Shown piece after piece: positions 52,923-64,000 of a stretch of 64,000 bases of DNA. The position numbers and the translations under genes were made by a program. The stretch's first letter is position 1. Each line of letters opens with the position of its first letter. The notes beneath the pieces were generated by a model. The model was not told the DNA's origin and did no database searches. It saw only the letters and a program-made list of their open reading frames with translations. The DNA lies in the NCBI RefSeq assembly GCF_004010195.1, contig NC_057750.1:14239221-14303220 (forward strand), in the 5' to 3' direction. The DNA comes from Chiloscyllium plagiosum (lineage: Eukaryota).

Positions 52923-54087
52923 GTAAGGTTCAAAGTAAAAATAGTGAAGTGTAGGAGTGGTGTAAACCACTAGTGATTCAATCGCAGTCAGTAATCAAAA
53001 TTTTATTGGACATCTAATACTGAGTGCAGTTTCACGCTTCACCCTACAGAAAAATATTGAATAATCAAGGAGACAGTGGTTTAATGGTGATATTCTATCC
53101 AGAGCCTGAGGCTAATACTGTGCTGATTTGACACTGGTTCAAATCCCATCACAGCAGCTAATAGAATTTGAATTCAATTATTCTTTTAAAAATGTTCTGG
53201 AATTGAAAGCTATTTCCAGTGACGATTTGGATAAAACTAATATCAATTGTCGTGAAATAATTCCATCTGATTCTCTAATGGGCCTTTACTTCAGGAAAGG
53301 AAATCTGGTGTAAGTGTGACTGCAGACTCTCAGCAATGTGATTGACATTTTAACTGCTTTCAAAGGGCAATTTAGGATAGGCACCAAATACTGGCATTGT
53401 CAGTGGTCCACATGCCATGCATAAATAGTAAGAAAAATAAAAATGACAAGTTGGGTGGTATCTGTGGAGAGATTGAAGGGAGGATTGTTAAAATGGGGGC
53501 GAGCATATGGCAGCAAGTAGGAGAGTCAGACTGGGGAAAGGTCCAAACATTTTTGGAAGCCTGTTCTAGCCTGCTGACTTCTGGGTTTTGTGAAGCTGGA
53601 ACAAGGATTGTTCCACATGCCCCAGAAAGAGGCAGGCATAACTGGGGCCAATGCAGGTGCCAATAGCCATTCCTTTGACTTGGCAGAAGAAAGATGATTC
53701 TGTTCGCCGGGCTGGGAATTTGTGTTGCAGACCTTTCGTCCCCTGTCTAGGTGACATCCTCATTGCTTGGGAGCTTCCTGTGAAGCGCTTCTGTGATCTT
53801 TCCTGTGCCAAACTCTACTTAGGACAAACAGGAAGACAGCTAACGATCCGCATCCATGAACACCAACTAGCCACGAAACGACACGACCAGCTATCTTTAG
53901 TAGCCACATATGCAGATGACAAGCAACATGAATTCGACTGGGACAACACTACTATTATAGAACAAGCCAAACAGAGAACAGCCAGGGAATTCCTAGAGGC
54001 ATGGCACTCATCCACAGATTCAATCAATAAGCACATCGACCTGGACCCAATATACCGGCCACTGCAGCGGACAGCTGGAACTAACAA

Positions 54088-55010
54088 NNNNNNNNNNNNN
54101 NNNNNNNNNNNNNNNNNNNNNNNNNNNNNNNNNNNNNNNNNNNNNNNNNNNNNNNNNNNNNNNNNNNNNNNNNNNNNNNNNNNNNNNNNNNNNNNNNNNN
54201 NNNNNNNNNNNNNNNNNNNNNNNNNNNNNNNNNNNNNNNNNNNNNNNNNNNNNNNNNNNNNNNNNNNNNNNNNNNNNNNNNNNNNNNNNNNNNNNNNNNN
54301 NNNNNNNNNNNNNNNNNNNNNNNNNNNNNNNNNNNNNNNNNNNNNNNNNNNNNNNNNNNNNNNNNNNNNNNNNNNNNNNNNNNNNNNNNNNNNNNNNNNN
54401 NNNNNNNNNNNNNNNNNNNNNNNNNNNNNNNNNNNNNNNNNNNNNNNNNNNNNNNNNNNNNNNNNNNNNNNNNNNNNNNNNNNNNNNNNNNNNNNNNNNN
54501 NNNNNNNNNNNNNNNNNNNNNNNNNNNNNNNNNNNNNNNNNNNNNNNNNNNNNNNNNNNNNNNNNNNNNNNNNNNNNNNNNNNNNNNNNNNNNNNNNNNN
54601 NNNNNNNNNNNNNNNNNNNNNNNNNNNNNNNNNNNNNNNNNNNNNNNNNNNNNNNNNNNNNNNNNNNNNNNNNNNNNNNNNNNNNNNNNNNNNNNNNNNN
54701 NNNNNNNNNNNNNNNNNNNNNNNNNNNNNNNNNNNNNNNNNNNNNNNNNNNNNNNNNNNNNNNNNNNNNNNNNNNNNNNNNNNNNNNNNNNNNNNNNNNN
54801 NNNNNNNNNNNNNNNNNNNNNNNNNNNNNNNNNNNNNNNNNNNNNNNNNNNNNNNNNNNNNNNNNNNNNNNNNNNNNNNNNNNNNNNNNNNNNNNNNNNN
54901 NNNNNNNNNNNNNNNNNNNNNNNNNNNNNNNNNNNNNNNNNNNNNNNNNNNNNNNNNNNNNNNNNNNNNNNNNNNNNNNNNNNNNNNNNNNNNNNNNNNN
55001 NNNNNNNNNN
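54088..55010. other. Assembly gap (923 N) inside the PLE
   Basis: Run of N. Confidence 1.
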
Positions 55011-56768
55011 AACACATAACCTCAACACCAAGGAGAGGGAAGCACTAAAAGCACTAAGAAATGATAAGAACATAATCATACTACCAGCAGACAAAGGCAG
55101 AATGTCGGTCATCCTGGACAAAGCAGAGTACATCCAAACAGCACAACAACTACTTGCAGAGACCAACACCTACCAAGAGAGGGAGTTTGACCCCACCCCA
55201 CAGCCCACCAATAGGATAAACAACACACTGAGGAACCTACAAAAAAACGGACAGATAACCAGGTTTAACCTACACAGAATGAAACCTGAAAGGAACAACA
55301 CCCCCAGATTCTATGCACTACCTAAAGTGCACAAACCAGACATCCCAATCAGACCCATAGTATCACTACCAGGGACACCATCACACAAACTGGCTAAAGA
55401 ACTACAGCAGAAACTGAAACACCTGACCAGCGGATCCAGACACTCTATACAATCAACACAGGAATTCTTGGACATCATCAGAAATATACACATAGACAAG
55501 GAAGAAACCATGGTCTCATTCGATGTAACGGCACTGTTCACCTCTATCGACAAAACCCTAGCCAGAGAAACAATAGCCAACCTGCTGGACATACAGAACA
55601 GACAACAGGACTGTGAACCTATCAACAAAGACGGCATACTCAAACTACTGGATCTGTGCCTCACAACACACCTCACATTCAACAACCAAATATATGAACA
55701 AATCAACAGCACACCCATGGGCTCACCCATCTCTGGACTCATAGCAGAAGCGGTAATGCAAACGTTAGAGCAAACAGTCTTACCGCAAATTCAACCCAAA
55801 CTCTGGGTCAGATATGTAGATGACACCTTTGTGATCATTAAAAACACAGAAATAGAGAACACACACTGGATCATCAACGCCACACTCACAGGAATCCGAT
55901 TCACTAGAGAGGAAGAAAAGGACAACCAACTCCCATTCCTAGACGTGATGGTACAGAGAACACCGAATGGAGAATTCACCACAAAGGTATACAGGAAAAT
56001 TGCACACACAGACCAAGTCCTGAACAATGAAAGCAACCACCCCAACACACACAAAAGAAGTTGCATCAAGACACTGTTCAAAAAGGCCACAACACACTGC
56101 AGTACACCAGAACTGCAAAAAGAGGAAGAAGAACACCTTTACAATGTATTCGTCAAAAACAGATGCCCGCGCAATTTCATCAACAGATGCCTAAGGGAAA
56201 GACAACGGAACGAGGACATGCCGCAACCCAGAGGACTAGCCACACTACCATACATCAAGAGCATTTCCGAACTGACAGCCAGACTACTGCGACCACTAGG
56301 ACTCATAACAGCACACAAACCAACAGCCACTCTCAGACAACAACTCACCAGGACGAAGGACCCGATACCCAGCATGAGCAAAACCAATGTAGTGTACAAA
56401 ATCCCATGCAAGGACTGCACAAAACACTACATAGGACAAACAGGAAGACAGCTAACGATCCGCATCCATGAACACCAACTAGCCACGAAATGATACGACC
56501 AGCTATCCTTAGTAGCCACACACGCAGATGACAAGCAACATGAATTGGGACAATACTACTATTATAGGATAAGCCAAACAGAGAACAGCCAGGGAATTCC
56601 TAGAGGCATGGCACTCAACCACTGATTCAATCAATAAGCACATCGACCTGGACACAATAAACCAACCACTGCAATGAACAGCTGGAACTGACAACCGGAA
56701 GCAGCAGGTACAAACCACTATAAATGCCGGAGGAAAGATCACAGAAGCGCTTCACAGGAGGCTTCCAA

Positions 56769-56808
56769 GCACTGAGGATGTCACCTAGACAGGGGGTGAA
56801 ACATCTGC
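56769..56808 (+). ncRNA. Minimal type-I hammerhead ribozyme motif in the PLE terminal repeat
   Basis: GCA-CTGAGGA-T-GTCACC-TAGACA-GGGGGT-GAAA-CA-TC-TGC; stem I GCA/TGC. Confidence 0.65.
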
Positions 56809-58429
56809 AACACAAATTCCCAGCTCGGCAAACAGAACCACAACAACGAGCACCCGAGCTACAAATCTTCTCACAAACATTGAAGAAGAATGATGAATTA
56901 AAGGAGAAGTTGTTCAGTGAGAGAACAAGTTCAGCCAGGCAGAGGTGGTGGATGGGGAGTGTTCAGGCCTCTGGTTGAGGAAGAAGCCGAGAGCTTGCAG
57001 ACCATGCTCATGGGGAGTGGAGGTGTAGACGGAATGGACATCCGTGGTAAACAGGAGACAGTTAGAGCCAGAGAACTGGAAATTGTCAATATGGTGGAGT
57101 GTATCAGAGGAGTATTAGATGTAGGTGGGCAGAGTATGGATAAGTGGAGAGAGGATAGAGTCAAGGTAGGAGGAAATGAACTTGGTGGGCAGGAACAGGC
57201 TGATACAATGGGCACTGCTTGTAGGCTAGAAATTAGGAATTCCCCCGCCCCTGCGCACACAAATACAGACACACCTTCACCTCATGGATTATAAAGGTCC
57301 ATAGATGTTCAGGAAATAATCCAATTGGAGTGAATTGTGTTGGAGACTTACTGCCCCATGGCCCTGGATCTGGAATTTGACCTACCTGGTCCTGTGGCCA
57401 GTTCTGAAGTACTTCCCACCCCATTTGTAAGTCAAGCCAACGTCTGAGACATCAGGCCAGCTTCCAAGTGAGGTGTATTCGGGGGCAAGAAGATACTTGT
57501 TGTAAAGTTGTGGGAAATCCAGATGTCTGCGTTATCTGTCAATTCCACCTTTCAGGAGACTAAAATTTCTAATCAATGGCTAATGTGAACGTAATGCTAA
57601 TTTTCAGCTGTGCGAGTTTATTCTCTGGGAGTGGGGGGAGGACATTCTCAGGGCTGTTTAAAACCAGTTATGTTCCCACCAGTTAAGCTAGGTTAAAATA
57701 TTGCACTCATTTCTCTCTTTACAAATGCTACATAAATGGTTCCTTTTTTCTATAAAGCCGCCTGGGATGAGAGCAGATTTGAAAAATTGAAGCCATTTTC
57801 ATGAAAGTAGAGGGCGATTAGAGGAAATCGTTTTTACACAGGCGTTGAAATGCTGTAACAGAGGTAGTTATTGAAGCAGAACCCATGATAGAATTAAGAA
57901 TAGATTAGATATACAGTTGAAAGTAAGGGAAATAAAAGAAATGGGAAAACAGTAGGCACAGGGGATTAAGGACAAAGGCTTAACAGAATAACTGATTTAT
58001 TGGATCAAATAGCTTAACTCTGTTACGTAATTTCCACAGTGTAGTGTGTTCAAACTTTCTCTGATACTTTTGCAGTGCTATTTTTCCCCGATTTGATATT
58101 GGCTAATGATTCTATGCACTTTCTATGGAGTAAATATGACCATATGTAGGTATAATCCTGGAAGTTCTGATTAATCAATCTTATTGGAGCTGGGTAATAT
58201 CCATTAAATAAATGTGAAATTCATTTTAAAACAAGCATTCTCTTTTGAAACGTGCCCTCAATGCTGATTAAAGTTAATCATATCAAGTGACAAGTTTGGT
58301 GTATGGGAGTACAAAACTTGAGTTTTGCTGAAAAAAATTGTCAAAATTTTCATTTGGCACTTACCAAGACAAATTTGCAAGAATTATCAATGTGAAGGAG
58401 AAACTACATTTAATGTTGTATGAGAAGAG

Positions 58430-59050
58430 AGTGCTGAGTGGATGACAACTGGATTCTGGCATGGTAAAGGCATTGGCATGGAGAATGGGCATATCTGTTC
58501 ACTGCAGTGAGTAACTCACTTCTGGCTACTCCAAAGCATCATCTACACAGTACAAGTCAAGAGTGCAATGGATTACTTCCCACTTGCTTGGATGAGTGCA
58601 GTCTTTGCAACACTCAAAAAATTTGAAACCGTCTAGGACAAAGCAGCTCACTTGATTAGTGCCGCATCCACAAAAATCATTCTTCCACAACCAACGCTTT
58701 GCAGTCGTGGGATGCATTGCAGAAATTCACCAAGGCATCTTTGACAGAACCTTCCAAACCCACAACCACTACCATTTATAAGGACAAGGGAGCAGATACA
58801 TGGCAACACCACGCCCTGAAAATTCCTCTCCAAGCTAGCCACACTATCCTGACTCGGAAATAAATCATTATTTCTTCATTGTTGTCATATCAAAGTCCTG
58901 AAATTCTCTTCATAATGATATTGTGGATCTATTTACTTCAAATGGACTGCAGCAGTTAAAGATGACAGCTCACCACCACCTTCTCAATAGAAACTAGGGA
59001 TGAGTAATAAACGCTGGCCCAGCCAATGGCACCCACATCCCATGAATACT
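58430..59050 (+). mobile_element. LINE 3' end (CR1/L2 group) sharing its tail with the SINE family at 20460
   Basis: QVKSAMDYFPLAWMSA-like remnant; tail GGCCCAGCCAATGGCACCCACATCCCATGAA. Confidence 0.6.
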
Positions 59051-59203
59051 AAAAAAAATTGTTCTGATGAGTGTAAAATGTAAACTTTGACAAAATGATG
59101 TCTTTTCTCAGCAGTACTTCTATTGCATTGTGATATTGCTTCCCTTGACTGTGGTTGTGGAGTATTCAGTCTTACAAAGTGAATCCTGATTTTTTTTTTG
59201 CAG

Positions 59204-59565
59204 GTTACAAGAATTGATGGAACAGTTGACAGCCCTCCTTGCTTGAAAGTTTCTCATAAAACATTTGGGTCTCAGAACAGCAACACTGACATGCTGTTCT
59301 TGCGCCTCAGCCTGCCCGTTGAGTTCCATGATACATTCAAGTGCACCCCTGGCACTACACCATTGACTAGAATGACAATCCCAGAGGAAGAAGTTGAAGA
59401 TATTGATGTGGACTCAGAATTTGAAGTTCTGAAAAAGTCAGCCAGTCGGACACAAACGGAAACGCCGACCAATGAAAAGGATCTCCCAAAGGAAGCACCC
59501 AAAGAGGTGGCCAAGACCGAAAATGATAAGGATTCCTCCTCTGAGAAAAGTAAAACGAAATCGAG
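59204..59565 (+). CDS. ryr1: RyR exon (~ex28) including divergent region D2: VTRIDGTVDSPPCLKV...EKSKTKS
   Basis: ttgcag|GTT...TCGAG|gtttgt; 362 nt; phase 0 to 2. Confidence 0.92.
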
Positions 59566-60658
59566 GTTTGTACGTCTGAGCTGTGTGGGTGGGTCAAGAA
59601 GATTACTGAGAAAATCCTGAGCATTAGAACCAGTACCTGTTGGCAGCAGATTTTTTTTTAAAATTATGTTGGCTGCAGGGACCAGAAGCTTAGTTTATGT
59701 TTTAGATATGATTCTAGAAAAAAGCCTATAAGTTTCAAAGTCTTTGTCGTAATTTGCCATATTGCTTCCCAATTTAATGCCATGAGCAAATTTCAGTTTT
59801 GTTGCTCCATATTCCACACCCATAATAAAGGTTTGATTAGCTCAGTTGGCTGGATGACTGGTTTGTGATGCCAAGTAATGCCAACAGCATGGGTTCAGTT
59901 CCTGCACCAGGTGAGGTTACATGAAGGACACTTCTTCACAACCTCTCCCCTCACCTGAGAGCAGTCATGTGGTCTAGTAGGACTATGGAACTTTGCCTTT
60001 ACCATACCTGTGGAATGTTATATCATTCCAGTCTGAGAATCTTTGTCCCTACCCTGATTCTATATTTCAGCCTTATTTCTATCTGCACTATTTCCTTAAT
60101 TCTCTGCGCATTTACCTTTGCCAGAAGTCTCTTCTAAAATGTATTTTATTAATCACATTGAAAACTCATTAAAAACTCACATGTGCCGCATGTGCCATTG
60201 TATGTATATGTACCAATTTTAACCAGAAACAAGAGAATTAAGAGCAAGAGGAAGCCATTTGGCCATTCAAGTCTACTCTAGCATTCACTAAGATCAGGAC
60301 TGATCTGTTTATGGCTTACCTCCACTTTTTTTCTGCCTATCTCTGCCAGCTGCTCATAATGCTGAACTCCCTTGTCCATCATAAATCAGGGATACTTGAC
60401 CTCTGAGATTTCCATACTAAAGAGAAGATCCAACTTGTAAAACAGAAAGGTTAAACAAAGTCTTTTGTTGTATTTTAGAATACAAAAGTTCTTCCCCAGT
60501 ACTTTTATCACTTTCAAGGATATTTGCTATGATTCTTCTGCATTGATGAAGAGGTTATTTTTTAGAGAGAGTTTATTTTTAATTACCAGTGTTGATTGGC
60601 GTTTAAAGTTTGATTACTTGCTTCATGGTCTGACTCATTCATGTTTGGTGTATTTTAG

Positions 60659-60785
60659 GTTCCTATTTAAAAAGAAACCTGCCTTTATTGCTCCACCTCC
60701 AGTTATACCAACTGTCCCTCGCCTGATAGAGGATGTTGTGCCTGATGACAGGGATGACCCTGAGATTATTTTGAACACAACAACG
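60659..60785 (+). CDS. ryr1: RyR exon (~ex29) [42 protein letters not shown]
   Basis: ttttag|G TTC...ACG|gtaaat; 127 nt; phase 2 to 0. Confidence 0.93.
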
Positions 60786-61383
60786 GTAAATCAACTGCAA
60801 ACAGTAAAACAGCTATAAAATGGCAGAAACAACCAATTTCATTCAAAGCTATTGACTGAGGCATGAAAGTTCTTAAAGTTAAAAATCACTTGTAAGCAAG
60901 ACAGCAGATATTATAATCTATTTATAAAGTTGGTTAATATGTCCAAATAGTTGTTTATGACATCAGATGATTATGACATCTTTACAGAGCAATTCAATAT
61001 TAATTCCTCTGCAGTGCTGTCTCTATAGCTCTGTATCTTTCTTTACACAAATGCTTGCCCATGTTTTCCTTTGTAAGTTGCAATGTCGTCTCCCTGAACA
61101 ATTCCCTATGCCATCTAAAGGACATTATATTATTTCCGATCTCTCAGAATACGGTGTCAGCAAAATTAACTGTTCAATCAAAATAGCTGCTAGTTATTTT
61201 TCCCCATGAGTGTGGACATAATTTAAATAAATGTCACTTGAGATTTCAAATACTAAAGAAAATTTTAATGTAAGCTAAAAATTTTTTAAAGTTTTCAGAT
61301 TGGTGAATTCATGCTGTGACTTTAAGGCCCTTTCTACAAAGTGGTGCCTAACTTGTACTAAGAACTTTAACTGGAGCTATCTA

Positions 61384-61557
61384 CAGAGGAACCTCGATTA
61401 TCTGGCATTCGATTATCTGAATATGGGATTATCTAGCAAGATCGCAAGGCCCCAATGCTTGGATAAAGAATGTTATCCAGCATTCGATTATCCCAAATTC
61501 GATTAACCAAACAAAATACTCTCCGCCCATGTCCTTCAGATATTTGAGATTCTTCTG
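61384..61557. mobile_element. Tigger/pogo-like MITE
   Basis: TA|CAGAGGAACCTCGATTATCTG ... CAGATATTTGAGATTCTTCTG|TA; internal repeats of TTCGATTATC. Confidence 0.78.
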
Positions 61558-62107
61558 TATATTGTTTCGAATAAATTTTATCAATGCCTTTTTGTTCCTG
61601 TGCTTTGTTTTGGATTTTTAAATCCCAAAATGCCAATGTCATTTTTAACCACTCTATCTATTTGCGCTTTTTGCTGTTTTTTGATTTTTGTTTTCCAAAC
61701 ACTGTTCAGCATCCTTCTAATAAATAGATATTACATATCACTGTTACTTCTTCTAAAAGTATAACTTTTCCATATTAAATGCATAAAAAGTTGTCCACTC
61801 TATTCCATTAATCAATTTATGACCTCTTGAAACCTTTCCCTGTCCGATGTGGTACTGGTATTTTTCAAACTCCCCCCTTTTGAATTGCCAGTAAGCTTGA
61901 ATAGTGTGTTCCCACGTCAAAGTGAAAGTCATCTAAATTTTGAGAGCAAAAGTGGGCCTGGAAATTCTAGCTGTTTTAATTTGGGATGTAGACAGTGTAT
62001 GTTTGCTGCACTGAGTTGCCCTGCAAGAGCAAGTGGCAGTAAACCATTTTGCAACAATTTACCACTGCATAGGTTTACAGAACTGTCACGTGTTGAATTT
62101 GAATTAT

Positions 62108-62212
62108 CTTGTGGTGCAGTGGTAGTGTCCCTACCTCTGAGCCAGAGTTCCTGGATTCAGGTCCCACCTAACCCAGAGATGTGTCAGAAATGGTCTAAAC
62201 AGGTTGATTTAA
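62108..62212 (+). mobile_element. Short tRNA-like SINE
   Basis: GTGGTGCAGTGGTAG...GGATTCAGGTCCC...AACAGGTTGATT. Related reverse copies near 6470-6565 and 28100-28190. Confidence 0.55.
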
Positions 62213-62440
62213 ACAAAAATCTATAAAGGTATCTGTGAAAGATATGAGACAGTGTTTCCTGGTGTAATCCCACAATTTGTTTGATTTATTGAATTCAGTT
62301 TAATGACTGGTGCAAACTGAGTACAGTTGCTTGTCCAGTACATCAACCTATACAGTACTGCCTCACCTATGTAATAACAAACACCCCAGACAAATCCTAA
62401 TGTATTTCTTGTTTCTAATTTTGGTACTTTCTTTTGATAG

Positions 62441-62601
62441 TATTACTATTCTGTGAGGATATTTGCTGGACAGGAACCAGGAGGAGTGTGGGTTGGTTGG
62501 GTAACCCCTGACTTTCATCAACACGATGGCAACTTTGATTTAACTAAAGTTCGCACAGTAACTGCCTCAGTAGGAGATGACCAAGGCAAAGTCCATGACA
62601 G
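62441..62601 (+). CDS. ryr1: RyR exon (~ex30), SPRY3: [26 protein letters not shown]...GKVHD
   Basis: tgatag|TAT...AG|gtatct; 161 nt. Confidence 0.95.
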
Positions 62602-63179
62602 GTATCTAGGTTAATATACTCAGTTTTTATAATTCAACTCATTTTAAACCATCAAGCACTTTTCTCTTCGTGACTTAAATTTTAATGTCTTTTAATCCCA
62701 CCCCTACTCAATAATTAGTTTGAACAAGTCGCATGTTTAATAACATGGAAATGTTACAATCATTGTCTAAAATTGTTTCCTACAATATCTATTTTATTAG
62801 CGTACTTTGTACTGAAGTTTTTTGACACCATTCACTTGGGCTAATGGCACTAAATTAATGATGCAAGTGAGATATGATGTGAAAATATAGCCAGTTAAAT
62901 ATCAAATGTCTGAATAAATTAAGATGTGATAAAATATTTGCCTGTTATTTTTAAAATAGACAAAGAGGTGGAAAAAATATAATGAAAAAATATAACTCCA
63001 GGAAGACTATTGAACCAAATTTGAGAACTACGTATTGAGGAAATAGAGTTAATAATGGGATAATTAAAATAACAAAAGATCTAGATTATAAAAAAAGAAT
63101 AAAACAATAATGAGAATCATTATAAAACATGTCTTATCATTTCTTATAATTCCAACCATGAAACCTAAATAATGTGTGA

Positions 63180-63760
63180 AGGTGCAGCACCTGATTAGAA
63201 AATAATTCTTTTCAGGGAAGTGTTATGTAAATGGATCTTTCTGATAGACTGTTCCAATGGAGTTGCGGAATTTTACTGCAACAATCTGTATTGAGCATGT
63301 AATCGACGTTTCAGTATTTGACCCCATATAATAAAAAGGATATGGAAGAAGTGGAGATGATGATATGCTGATTTACATCAGATGATAGTAGAAATATTTG
63401 GGTTTACGTATCTCGAAAGGATTAACAGACTGGGTCTTTTCTCTCTTGGAAAGAAAAAGACTGAGGAGTGACTTAATAGAAATCTTTAAATTGAAGTTTT
63501 GACAGTGATGTTCCCTTTGAAGACCATCACTATATTACCAGCACTAAGAAATCCATTAGAGAATTTTGAAGAAAACTCTTTATCCAAACAATGGTGAGAA
63601 TGTGGAACTCAGTACCTCAGGGAGTGGTTGAAACAAATATTGTAGGTGCACTTAATTGGGAATGAGATGAACATTTGAGGGAGAGTGGACTTGCTGGAGT
63701 ATGTTTTAGATAATGAAGAATGAAAAGACGCTCGAGTAGAACATAGAACCCTGACACATT
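63180..63760 (+). mobile_element. Old decayed CR1 3' fragment
   Basis: RLGLFSLGKKKTEE-like and MVRMWNS-like remnants. Confidence 0.6.
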
Positions 63761-64000
63761 TTTTTGTGTTAATTCATGAGACATGGGTGTTGCTGGCTGG
63801 CCAGCATTTATTGCCCATCCTAGTTGCCCTTGAGAATGTAGCGGTGAGCTGCCTTCTTGAACTGCTGCGTCCGCTTTCTGTACGTTGACACACAATGCCT
63901 GTAGGGAGGGAACTCCAGGATTTTTGACTCAGCGACAGTAAAGGAGCGGCAATTTTTTATTTATTATTCCTTCAAGGGATGGGAACATAACTGGCCAGGC

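Larger units (their letters stand above)
53698..56883 (+). mobile_element. Penelope-like element (Penelope/Poseidon-type): RT plus GIY-YIG with partial tandem and inverted terminal repeats
   Basis: ORF 55102-56493 contains LPKVHK, SFDVTALFT, PMGSPIS, YVDD and VVYKIPCKDC..YIGQT. An upstream copy of the 3' end lies at 53810-54087 and an inverted terminus at 53698-53805. TSD AGAAGAAAGATGA/AGAAGAATGATGA. Confidence 0.95.
53440..57215 (-). mobile_element. Older decayed PLE RT fragment that hosts the younger PLE
   Basis: Minus-strand NNFSFNSSFF and QVKGMAIGTCIGPSYACLFLGHVEQ are split by the insertion. Confidence 0.8.

Noticed and set aside
41561..55169. Long ORFs made mostly of X (also 3027-3797)
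   Set aside because: They read through N gaps and are not real ORFs.
62602..62611. GTATCT donor as a possible U12 intron
   Set aside because: Reads GTATCTAGG, not the U12 consensus GTATCCTT.

Overview
AT-rich vertebrate genomic DNA. The repeat content (HE1/V-SINE-like and Deu-type SINEs, CR1 LINEs, Penelope-like elements) points to a cartilaginous fish. The window is an internal part of one + strand gene, a ryanodine receptor that looks like an RYR1 orthologue (it retains the D2 region). I traced 24 coding exons from 4974 to 62601. All have AG/GT boundaries and consistent phases, and they cover the N-terminal domains, SPRY1, RY1&2, SPRY2, D2 and the start of SPRY3. One required exon (human exon 20 equivalent) is not in the readable sequence and probably lies in the 500-N gap at 41676-42175. 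Introns hold CR1 and RTE LINEs, SINEs, a decayed hAT transposon with TIRs and TSD, two TA-flanked MITEs and Penelope-like elements of two clades. The most notable non-coding signal is a set of minimal hammerhead-ribozyme motifs in three sequence families. They sit in Penelope terminal repeats and in short TSD-flanked inserts, and several are sense to the RYR pre-mRNA. Exon numbers follow human RYR1 as I recall them and were not checked by alignment.
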